This document shows positions 1 through 7,504 of a DNA stretch of 36,502 nucleotides, piece by piece (within the stretch, counting starts at the first letter, position 1; every line of letters starts with the position of its first letter). The stretch covers positions 1 through 36,502 of the forward strand of contig CAXGHT010000001.1 of the NCBI GenBank assembly GCA_964010235.1, read 5' to 3'. This DNA comes from an uncultured archaeon. Its GTDB lineage: Archaea; Nanobdellota; Nanobdellia; UBA10117; ARS21. The notes below the pieces were generated by a model. The model was given only the letters and a program-made list of their open reading frames with translations. It ran no database searches and was not told where the DNA came from. The position numbers and the translations under genes were made by a program.

Positions 1-29
1 TTTATAAAGCAAATCTGGAGGAGAATAGT

Positions 30-302
30 ATGTCAAACAGATTTACAAAAGACGATTTGATTGGAAGAATTAGAAAAGGTGTTGATGCTGAAGGTAAAAA
101 GAGAGATCTTTTTTGGCCTAAAATTGGTGAGTTAAGAATTTTAGGATTAAGACTTCCGATTTATTCTCAGTTGGCTAAATTTAGACGAAACAAAAATAAA
201 TCTCTTAATGAAAGAATACAAAACTATTATGGTGCTGTAGAAATTGTAGGTAAGAAAGTTTACTTATCAAGAACTACAGATTCTCTAGAAGAGTTAATGT
301 AA
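30..302 (+). CDS. hypothetical small basic protein (90 aa)
   Basis: Intact ORF with TTTATAAA at 1-8, about 25 nt upstream of the ATG. No family recognised from the translation. Confidence 0.45.
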   Translation: MSNRFTKDDLIGRIRKGVDAEGKKRDLFWPKIGELRILGLRLPIYSQLAKFRRNKNKSLNERIQNYYGAVEIVGKKVYLSRTTDSLEELM

Positions 303-314
303 GAACCGAAGCTC

Positions 315-602
315 TTACATCAATAATTTTCCAAGATCTTCGAATTTATTCGCGACCTTTTCGCCCTTACCAGTTAGTTGGACAATCTTAAGTCGACCTT
401 TCTTTTCGAATCGAACTAGACCTTGTTGTTCCATCTTTTGAAGTAAGTGAACGGTGTGTGAGTATGTGCATCGTGCTTCCTTAGCTAACATAGAAGGATA
501 TTTATTCGTGTTTTGTCGAGTAAGACAAAGTAACAGTTCAACGGGCTTATCCCTCAAGAATATTTCAAAACTTTTTCCTTTTTTCCACCAAAGTAGTGCC
601 AT
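315..602 (-). CDS. small winged helix-turn-helix transcriptional regulator (ArsR/MarR-like, 95 aa)
   Basis: The translation has an HTH-plus-wing pattern (PSMLAKEARCTYSHTVHLLQKMEQQGLVRFEKKGRLKIVQLTGKG). TTATATAT box about 25 nt upstream of the ATG on the minus strand. Confidence 0.6.
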   Translation of the reverse strand: MALLWWKKGKSFEIFLRDKPVELLLCLTRQNTNKYPSMLAKEARCTYSHTVHLLQKMEQQGLVRFEKKGRLKIVQLTGKGEKVANKFEDLGKLLM

Positions 603-669
603 AATTACCTGTATAGAGAAAGATATATAACGGTTTCTTCAAGTCCTAAGTGGTGTGTTTTTTCTGAAG

Positions 670-710
670 AAAAAATGTAATCACTAAGCAGCAGTTCTTT
701 TACTGCTTAG
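670..710 (-). terminator. candidate terminator: 8-bp hairpin over the stop codon followed by a T6 run
   Basis: CTAAGCAG (703-710) pairs with CTGCTTAG (684-691) around the TAA of ORF 700..1104. A T6 run follows on the minus strand (A6 at 670-675 on plus). Confidence 0.4.
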
Positions 711-1104
711 GTTGTACTCTTGGTAATTGTAATGGTGCCGGAAGTCCAAGTGTTTTTGATAATGGAATTGCAGTTACAAGTCCAAGTTCAAGAACCTTAG
801 TCAGAAGCACTGCGGCAATTCTTTCATCAACTTTTTTGTTCTTTTTCCATCCCTTTTGAAGATCTTTCAATTCTTTATCTTCACCCGTTATGAATAATCC
901 ACCTTCAAGATTGATGTGTCCTGATTTTCCGTAAGAAGTATTAACTTTAAATTCAACTAATGCTCCAGTTCGTTTTTCACCAGCAGCAAACAAGTCTTCA
1001 GTTGTAACCTTAGTAATTTCAGGCTTTGTTTCGATTTTAATTCCTGCTTCAAGCTTGCCTCTTTGGGCATCTACTTTTGTAATCTTATCACCAACGATCA
1101 TCAT
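700..1104 (-). CDS. hypothetical protein, 134 aa (possible SecB-like chaperone architecture, unverified)
   Basis: Intact ORF with its own TTTAAAAGTTTAAAC box upstream. Beta-rich N-terminal half, then a helix and a C-terminal GLPAPLQLP motif that recalls the overall SecB layout. Judged by eye only. Confidence 0.5.
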   Translation of the reverse strand: MMIVGDKITKVDAQRGKLEAGIKIETKPEITKVTTEDLFAAGEKRTGALVEFKVNTSYGKSGHINLEGGLFITGEDKELKDLQKGWKKNKKVDERIAAVLLTKVLELGLVTAIPLSKTLGLPAPLQLPRVQPKQ

Positions 1105-1145
1105 TGTGATATTCTCGCGTTGTTTAAACTTTTAAAGATTGTTAT

Positions 1146-2300
1146 TTACAGTTTGTTCTTTATTCTAAATAAATAGAACAAATAGGTTCCTGTAAGTGCC
1201 AAGAATCCTGCAATAATCATTGAAGTTATCAGGGTTTTTCTTTGGTCGGTAATTTCTTTATCAGATAAACAGGAGTTATCTTCTTTGCAAACACCTGTTT
1301 GACATTGATAATCTTCATTACATGAAGAGCTTCCTGCTTTCTGATATTTCCAAACACCATCTTGACAGAAAGTATTGTTTACAATCATACCATCTTCATT
1401 ACAGATTTCGGTTTGACTTGAAACTGTTTCGAATGTTGCCGGTTCACTGACAAAACAATCCCAATCTTCTTCGGCAGAACACCCGGCCGGACAGTAATTA
1501 TCACCTGCACTACATTCTACTGTTAGTTCATTTGTACATGCTCGTTCAATTGTACCATCTCCTGAACAAAGATCAATCGTTGCATCATTATCGTCGTTGC
1601 AATCTGAGTGTTGAATACAGGAGTTATTTATTGAGCAATCCGCATCATGAGTTGTTCCAAATAATGATTGCTGATTTTTACAACCTAATGGACAGAAATC
1701 ATCTCCCGACTTACATTCAGTAACTGGATCATGTCTACAAATAGATCGTTGATTATATGAGCCTTCGCAACTATCTTTTGTTCCCGGATTACTATCATCA
1801 CATTCCTTGTCTAGCTCACAAGTGTCTTGAATTACACAATCAGAATCACTATATCTGCTACAAAAACTTGGACAGTATCCGTCATTATCCGTACAACTTA
1901 CGATTGTTTCATAAGAACATTTATTTATAGATTCCATACAAGTATCGATTGTAGAATCCAATTGATCATTACAATCAGAATCAACATTACATTCAAGTCT
2001 TTGAAGAACATGAATTAGTAATGATGCATAATTTGTCTTTTGTTCAGATACATACAATGTTGCGTTTACGGTTATGTTTACTTTGTTTATAGACTTTGTT
2101 TCATTTTCATTAAATATTTTCCAAGTATCTTCAACACTGATTCTTACTTGAGTGTTTGAGAACACATCTAGCAAAGTTATATTTCTACCTGCGACTTCAA
2201 TAGACTCTCCTTCACCTAAAGTTACTTGATCATATGCAATATAATCTGCTGCCGCAAATGCTGCCGGTAACAAAAGTAGTATTAAGAGCAATCTTTTCAT
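1146..2300 (-). CDS. secreted, C-terminally membrane-anchored cysteine-rich repeat protein (384 aa, 30 Cys)
   Basis: N-terminal signal peptide MKRLLLILLLLPAAFAAA. Three tandem eight-Cys modules and a final six-Cys segment. C-terminal TM helix LITSMIIAGFLALTGTYLFYLF followed by RIKNKL. Confidence 0.75.
   Translation of the reverse strand: MKRLLLILLLLPAAFAAADYIAYDQVTLGEGESIEVAGRNITLLDVFSNTQVRISVEDTWKIFNENETKSINKVNITVNATLYVSEQKTNYASLLIHVLQRLECNVDSDCNDQLDSTIDTCMESINKCSYETIVSCTDNDGYCPSFCSRYSDSDCVIQDTCELDKECDDSNPGTKDSCEGSYNQRSICRHDPVTECKSGDDFCPLGCKNQQSLFGTTHDADCSINNSCIQHSDCNDDNDATIDLCSGDGTIERACTNELTVECSAGDNYCPAGCSAEEDWDCFVSEPATFETVSSQTEICNEDGMIVNNTFCQDGVWKYQKAGSSSCNEDYQCQTGVCKEDNSCLSDKEITDQRKTLITSMIIAGFLALTGTYLFYLFRIKNKL
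1455..1991 (-). repeat. three tandem protein-level modules of about 55-60 aa, each C-x5-C-x10-C-x6-9-C-x7-C-x6-C-P-x2-C-x7-14-C
   Basis: Cys at residues 104/110/121/128/136/143/147/155, 161/167/178/188/196/203/207/222 and 228/234/245/255/263/270/274/282. Recurring D-x-(D/E)-C-(N/D)-D and (Y/F)CPxxC motifs. Confidence 0.7.
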
Positions 2301-2331
2301 GAAATAAGTAAATCTTCAGACAATAAAAATT

Positions 2332-2404
2332 TAGCCCTGCCCGGATTTGAACCGAGGTCCTCCGGCCCAGAACCAGAGATGATTGACCGCTACACTACAG
2401 AGCT
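2332..2404 (-). tRNA. tRNA-Gln (anticodon CUG)
   Basis: Hand-folded cloverleaf. Acceptor AGCTCTG/CAGGGCT with an A1-U72 pair, anticodon stem TCTGG/CCGGA with loop TTCTGGG, T arm CTCGG-TTCAAAT-CCGGG, discriminator A. No encoded CCA. T-rich trailer. Confidence 0.85.
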
Positions 2405-2426
2405 ATGAAACAGCTCCATATTCTAG

Positions 2427-2435
2427 ATTTATAAG
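2427..2435 (-). promoter_or_regulatory. TATA box for tRNA-Gln
   Basis: CTTATAAAT on the minus strand, centred about 27 nt upstream of tRNA position 1. Confidence 0.55.
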
Positions 2436-2481
2436 TTTATGTTCTAGCAATACTTTTAAATTCGCACGACGTAGTATCTTT

Positions 2482-2949
2482 ATGATAAGTTTACTCAGTG
2501 AGATGTTTTTTCATCCAATCTTAATCGTGAGCCTGGTTTCTGCAGGAGCCTCTCAGTTTATTAAGATGCTTCTATATTCATTCAAAACAAGAAAACTTCT
2601 TATTCATGTTTTGTGGAAAGGTTACGGAAATAAAGCAGGAATGCCTAGTTCTCACACCGCATTTATGAGTGCAGCATGTACTGCAATTTATATTCTTGAT
2701 GGCGGAGTTACCAATTTGTTTATGCTTTCAATTATATTCACAATTATAATTATTCAGACTGTTGTAGATTTGAAATTCCACTTTGACAAAGCATCAGATT
2801 ATATCAATGATATGTTTAGTGTTGTTTTTGATTTCAATAAACCCGCGTGGAGTAAATTTGAACATGTTACAGGTCATACATACAATCAGATAATTGTTGG
2901 TGCAATAATTGGAGTTTATACAACGATTAAACTTATACCAATTTTATAG
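2482..2949 (+). CDS. divergent PAP2 / DUF212-family membrane protein
   Basis: AGMPSSHTAF motif matches the GGMPSSHSA signature of the divergent PAP2 family. Multiple TM helices. Start moved to ATG 2482 because the track start 2383 lies inside tRNA-Gln. TTTTAAAT lies about 25 nt upstream of 2482. Confidence 0.75.
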   Translation: MISLLSEMFFHPILIVSLVSAGASQFIKMLLYSFKTRKLLIHVLWKGYGNKAGMPSSHTAFMSAACTAIYILDGGVTNLFMLSIIFTIIIIQTVVDLKFHFDKASDYINDMFSVVFDFNKPAWSKFEHVTGHTYNQIIVGAIIGVYTTIKLIPIL

Positions 2950-3234
2950 AATTGTAAATTGTGCATGTTTAATCTTTCCAATTTTTATAATTGAATCATT
3001 GGCGATTATTTTATTCTTTAATAATAATCCAACAATTTTATTTCCAACGACATTTCCATCATTGACATCCACAATTAATTCTAATACTTTTTCATTAATT
3101 TCTTCTTCACCATAGAATCTTGGATTTACAAAAAAATCTAAATCTTTGTTTTTCAAAGTTTTCCCAAGCAATTCTTTATCACAAATTGCAATCATGGTTC
3201 CGAAATCTGTTTTGTGTAATTTGTAGTAAAACAT
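2944..3234 (-). CDS. DUF424-family protein
   Basis: MFYYKLHKT...MIAICDKELLGK...HAQFTIL pattern is typical of archaeal DUF424. Start is 1 nt downstream of the aIF2-beta stop. Confidence 0.65.
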   Translation of the reverse strand: MFYYKLHKTDFGTMIAICDKELLGKTLKNKDLDFFVNPRFYGEEEINEKVLELIVDVNDGNVVGNKIVGLLLKNKIIANDSIIKIGKIKHAQFTIL

Positions 3235-3235
3235 T

Positions 3236-3655
3236 TTACTTAATTGATCTTACCGAACTTCGTGCACCACAAGCTTGGCATTGTTTAAATGTTATTCCCT
3301 TTTCTTTATGGAGTTCAGTGTCTGGTTTTCCACATTGTGTACAAGTCACGAATTCCTTTACGTATTTTTCAATTTTTTCATTCAAGAATCGGGAGTTGAA
3401 CTTACCTATGAAATAGAATTTACTTCCTTTCCATTCACCTGTTGTTGCTAAAGCCTTTAACATAAATCTTAACAAGTGTTTAACATCTCGCCCTAATTTT
3501 GAAGAAATTTGATTTAGATTTGATACAAGCGTTCTATTTCCTTCAAAACCTCCAGAAATTGTTGGAACTTCGAATCTACTGGTTGCTTCTGAAACTTTCG
3601 GAATAGATGCATAAGCTTTCTTTAACAATTCATCATATTTATAATTCCAAGCCAT
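3236..3655 (-). CDS. eif2b: translation initiation factor aIF2 beta subunit
   Basis: Typical aIF2-beta length and sequence with the C-terminal zinc ribbon CTQCGKPDT...CQACG. Confidence 0.9.
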   Translation of the reverse strand: MAWNYKYDELLKKAYASIPKVSEATSRFEVPTISGGFEGNRTLVSNLNQISSKLGRDVKHLLRFMLKALATTGEWKGSKFYFIGKFNSRFLNEKIEKYVKEFVTCTQCGKPDTELHKEKGITFKQCQACGARSSVRSIK

Positions 3656-3693
3656 GTTTTCAAGTTTCTTGAGGCATTTAAGAAGGTTTTGAA

Positions 3694-4047
3694 TTAGTCA
3701 GATAGCTCGTCGAGAGTTAATTGAAGACTAGATAGATTCCTTTCAATTTCTCCAATTCTTTCAGAGACCAATCTCTGAACTCTAACATGTAAGGGATCAA
3801 TTGGATCCACAATCTCAGAATTAAGTCTATTTACATTTTCTTCTATTTTTTGTAAATAGTCTAGATCGGTTTCTACAATAAAACTTCCAGTTATTGAATA
3901 ATTTACATCAAAAGTATGTCTTCCTGAAGTAAATGAAAGATCTCTTAAGCGATATCCTTCAATAGGTAATTTGCCAGCTACACTGTAAGTAAATTGTAAC
4001 TGATTATTTTCCTCAATCATTGACTCAAAATTTAATTTAAACGTCAT
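3694..4047 (-). CDS. hypothetical protein, 117 aa (beta-rich N-terminus, C-terminal coiled coil)
   Basis: Intact ORF with an AAATTTAAAAAC box about 22 nt upstream. No family recognised. Confidence 0.5.
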   Translation of the reverse strand: MTFKLNFESMIEENNQLQFTYSVAGKLPIEGYRLRDLSFTSGRHTFDVNYSITGSFIVETDLDYLQKIEENVNRLNSEIVDPIDPLHVRVQRLVSERIGEIERNLSSLQLTLDELSD

Positions 4048-4087
4048 TCTCTATTAACACCTAACTTGTTTTTAAATTTTTAGGTGA

Positions 4088-4747
4088 TTATTCCAATAAT
4101 TTAAGAATTCCTTTCTTTGGTTCAAAAACTTCACCTGATTTTAGAAGCTTTAGAACAATATCCTTTGCTTCTTTTTCATCCATCTTTGAGTTTTTCATCA
4201 CATCATCCATTGGAGCACCGTCACCAGAATCATGAGCTTTAATCAATTCGATAATTTTTGTATTTGGATTATCACTCACTGTTATTTCCATCACTTCAGG
4301 TTCTTCCTTTGGAGCAGATTTAGCTTTGGGTTTTTCTTCAATCTCTCTGAATTCTGGCTTTCCGAGCTCAATATGATCAACAATTAACCAGTTTGGATCT
4401 AAATCTTGTTTTATAACTTCTGGAACCAAATATGTTTCATCATTGTAGTGTTTTACTTTTCCAATAAATCTTACAAATGAACCAACTTTCACATCTTTAA
4501 TGTTTGCAACATCGGCACTGAAGGCTTTTACTCTGATTGTTTCTGAACCATCATCAATAGTTAACGCACAATAATTTCCATCTTCTGTTAAATATTTACT
4601 TACAACTGTGGCAATTATATTTACTCGAGAAACTTGATTTTCATCAATTATAATATAACTTGGATTGAAACCTTCTTGTCGAAGGAATTCTCCATTTATT
4701 AGGCTAGAAATTCTTACTCTATATGCTGTCGATCTAGTAATTGCCAT
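4088..4747 (-). CDS. RPA32/Stn1-like OB-fold ssDNA-binding protein with C-terminal winged helix
   Basis: OB-fold pattern VNIIATVVSK...ALTIDDGSETIRVKAF...GSFVRFIGKVKHYNDETYLVPEVI, then an acidic linker and a wH tail KLLKSGEVFEPKKGILKLL. Lies directly downstream of mcm. Confidence 0.65.
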   Translation of the reverse strand: MAITRSTAYRVRISSLINGEFLRQEGFNPSYIIIDENQVSRVNIIATVVSKYLTEDGNYCALTIDDGSETIRVKAFSADVANIKDVKVGSFVRFIGKVKHYNDETYLVPEVIKQDLDPNWLIVDHIELGKPEFREIEEKPKAKSAPKEEPEVMEITVSDNPNTKIIELIKAHDSGDGAPMDDVMKNSKMDEKEAKDIVLKLLKSGEVFEPKKGILKLLE

Positions 4748-4794
4748 CTATTTTTACTTGAGTTTTAGTTTAAATATTCTTGTTTGATTTAGTT

Positions 4795-6813
4795 CTATCC
4801 TTTTTGTAATACTCCGTGTCTAGGTTCAAATATTTCTCCAGCTTTCTTCAATCTTAACAATTCAGATTCGATCTTCTCCTTACTCATTCCTTTATCTTCT
4901 AAAGCTTTAATTAAATCATCTTTTGGAATTGCCTTACCAAATTGTGCTTCAAGTTCAGTCATAGTTTGTTTAATGCTAGAAATTCTACTTCTCTCAGTGG
5001 CAGTAATTCCGCTTGTAATTCTATCAATATCAATTTTTCCAGTTTCAGGATCAGTTCCAAGTTGTTTTAGTGTTTCTTCCACTAATCGAATTGCACGTTC
5101 TGCATCTTCTTTTGTAACCTGTTTAGAAAGTCTAATTTTTGCTGAGGCTTCTGCCAAACGAATAATTGCTTGAAGCTGTCTTGCAGATATTGGAATGCTT
5201 TTAATCCCATCTTCTCCCGCAGCAGTACTTCTAATTTTAACATAATAATCTCTAATTAGTTTTTGAGGTTCTTTTCCAAGTTTTGGAAAACAAGTTTGTT
5301 TGGCATATGCAATATATTTTCTTAACAAAGAATGCTCAATCTCACTTTTTGCTGATTCAATATCTCCTTGCAACTTAAGTACGTGACTTGCAATACGTTC
5401 ATCAGTAGTAATATTTGGAATATCTCGGATTACAAACATTAAGTCGAATCGGTTGATTAATGTTGGAGGAAGATCAATTTGAGTTGGTGGTGGTTGATAT
5501 GGATCGAACCTACCATATTTTGGATTTGCAGCAGCTAGAACAGATGCTTGTGACATTAATGTTGCTTGAATATTTGCTTTGGAAATAGAAACTGTTTGTT
5601 GCTCCATTGCTTCGTGCATTGCGCTTCGATCATCATGAGAAATCTTGTCCAGTTCGTCGATACAAGCCATACCTTTGTTTGCTAGAACCAAAGTTCCCGC
5701 CTCCAGTGCCCAACCACCCAAGAATTCATCCTTCACAACTGCGGCAGTAAGTCCTGCACCTGAAGCTCCGCGTCCTGCCACATATCTTGCCTTTGGAGCT
5801 AAGTTTGAAATATATCTTAGTAAAATTGATTTACCTGCACCTGGGTCACCCATTAATAAGACATGAATATCTCCTCTTAATTCAGTTCCATCACTTTTTA
5901 CTTTTCTTACTCCTCCAAAAAGTTGTAATACAATACTTTCCTTTATTTCATCGTAACCATAAATTACTGGTGCAATTGATTGAATTAATTTTTCGTAGAT
6001 TTTTGGATCTTTTGCCAATTTCATAATTTCATCCTTTTCTTCTGTATTCACATCAAGTTCTTCAAATTCTTCTTCCATAGATTCAACTGAATTTGCTTCT
6101 AAAATAATATCAAATTTTGTTGATTGTGCACCAGTTCTCGTTGTAATTGCAACCTCTTTTACTACACCAACAATTTTAATTTTGTTCCCCGGAAAGCGAT
6201 TTCTTTCCAATTCAGGTTCCAATAAATCATCATGAAGAATACATCTTATTCGTTTAGGTTGCGCCCCACCTTCTAAAGATTCTGGTGGTTCTTCTACAAC
6301 CAATTGTTGAACATCACTTAGATGTTTTTCAACCATTTTGAATTTCCCCTTATGTTTACACTGTCCACATAGCCCAGGTTCCGCCAATTTATTCTCATGT
6401 TGTTCAAGTTTGCTTTGTGAGCCGCATTTTGGACATTCAAATGTTGCAATAGTGATCATTGGTCGAATATCCGACGCTTGACGAATCAATGCATTACATG
6501 TTATTAGTTGCCCAAGATTTCTACTTCTCAAATCTCGAATTCTAAGCTTCTGAGATGGAGGAAGATTGATAATTCTTGCTCCAATTGCAGTCTTCAGATC
6601 ACCCAATTCCTCCTCGGCGATCGCACTATCTATATATTCAAGACTTTCCTTTGGAGACATTAAAATACTCTCTGCCAATTCAGGATTATACTTAGATAAA
6701 ATATTCCAATCAATTTGGAGACTCTTACCTCCCTTTTGTGCTACATCTAATAGTTCTTTCTTGTAATATTTTTCTAGAAATGTTCTATACTGAGTTAAAG
6801 TTTTAGACTCCAT
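4795..6813 (-). CDS. mcm: MCM replicative helicase
   Basis: Zn motif CPKCGS...CGQCKHKG, Walker A GDPGAGKS, Walker B CIDELDK, arginine finger SRFDL-like NRFDLMF, C-terminal wH. Confidence 0.95.
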   Translation of the reverse strand: MESKTLTQYRTFLEKYYKKELLDVAQKGGKSLQIDWNILSKYNPELAESILMSPKESLEYIDSAIAEEELGDLKTAIGARIINLPPSQKLRIRDLRSRNLGQLITCNALIRQASDIRPMITIATFECPKCGSQSKLEQHENKLAEPGLCGQCKHKGKFKMVEKHLSDVQQLVVEEPPESLEGGAQPKRIRCILHDDLLEPELERNRFPGNKIKIVGVVKEVAITTRTGAQSTKFDIILEANSVESMEEEFEELDVNTEEKDEIMKLAKDPKIYEKLIQSIAPVIYGYDEIKESIVLQLFGGVRKVKSDGTELRGDIHVLLMGDPGAGKSILLRYISNLAPKARYVAGRGASGAGLTAAVVKDEFLGGWALEAGTLVLANKGMACIDELDKISHDDRSAMHEAMEQQTVSISKANIQATLMSQASVLAAANPKYGRFDPYQPPPTQIDLPPTLINRFDLMFVIRDIPNITTDERIASHVLKLQGDIESAKSEIEHSLLRKYIAYAKQTCFPKLGKEPQKLIRDYYVKIRSTAAGEDGIKSIPISARQLQAIIRLAEASAKIRLSKQVTKEDAERAIRLVEETLKQLGTDPETGKIDIDRITSGITATERSRISSIKQTMTELEAQFGKAIPKDDLIKALEDKGMSKEKIESELLRLKKAGEIFEPRHGVLQKG

Positions 6814-6864
6814 GCTAGAATATTGACTCTTCAGTTTGGGTTAAAAAGAATTTATCTGGTGGAG

Positions 6865-7458
6865 TTACTTATCAAGCTCACCAACATCAATAAGTTGTTC
6901 TCTCAAGAATTTTACTGAGTCTTTAATTTGTTTTTCAGATCGAGCACCAGTAATAACAATTTTTCCAGTACCGAAAAGTAAGAATGTAATATTTTGAAGA
7001 ACTTCTTCACCCTTTAGCTTGTAAACAAGTCCCGGAAATTGTTCTGGTTCATACTCGGTATTTTCAAATAGGAATACAATCTCATTTAGGTTTAATCGTC
7101 CACCAACTGAACCTGATGCAACCATGTTTTGAACTTTGATTTCAGGCTTTTTTGTGATTTCAATTCCAACTTCCTTTAAATCATCAATTACATGTTTTAC
7201 TGCTGCACGTGCATCTTTGATTGATTTTGTTCCAGTACAAATTACTCGTCCTGAACTGAAAAGTAAATAGCTTGCTTTATTGAATGAAAGTTCTGAATCT
7301 TCAACTTTGTAAATTAACCCTGGAAAAGTTTCAGGAGTATAATCTGAATTATCTAAAAGAACTGCAAGTTTTTCTAATGGCAACTTTGCAAAAATATTTG
7401 CAGATACTACTACATTTTGTGTCTTTGACCAAACTCGTTTATCGACTTCAGGTGCCAT
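6865..7458 (-). CDS. tbp: TATA-box-binding protein
   Basis: Two TBP repeats (QNVVVSANI...FPGLIYK...FSSGRVICTG and QNMVASGSV...FPGLVYK...FGTGKIVITG). Confidence 0.95.
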   Translation of the reverse strand: MAPEVDKRVWSKTQNVVVSANIFAKLPLEKLAVLLDNSDYTPETFPGLIYKVEDSELSFNKASYLLFSSGRVICTGTKSIKDARAAVKHVIDDLKEVGIEITKKPEIKVQNMVASGSVGGRLNLNEIVFLFENTEYEPEQFPGLVYKLKGEEVLQNITFLLFGTGKIVITGARSEKQIKDSVKFLREQLIDVGELDK

Positions 7459-7504
7459 ATTAGTTTTTATTGTAGGAAAGATATATAAACCCTCCTTTAT
7501 AAAG

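Noticed and set aside
2383-2481. N-terminal 33 codons of the track ORF 2383..2949
   Set aside because: They overlap the tRNA-Gln gene and its promoter on the opposite strand. The DUF212 homology and a correctly spaced TATA box begin at ATG 2482.
4053-4087. Inverted repeat CACCTAA...TTAGGTG between the RPA32-like gene and the 117-aa ORF
   Set aside because: The 7-bp stem encloses the A/T box of the downstream gene. It is too short and AT-rich to separate from chance or from a simple terminator/promoter overlap.
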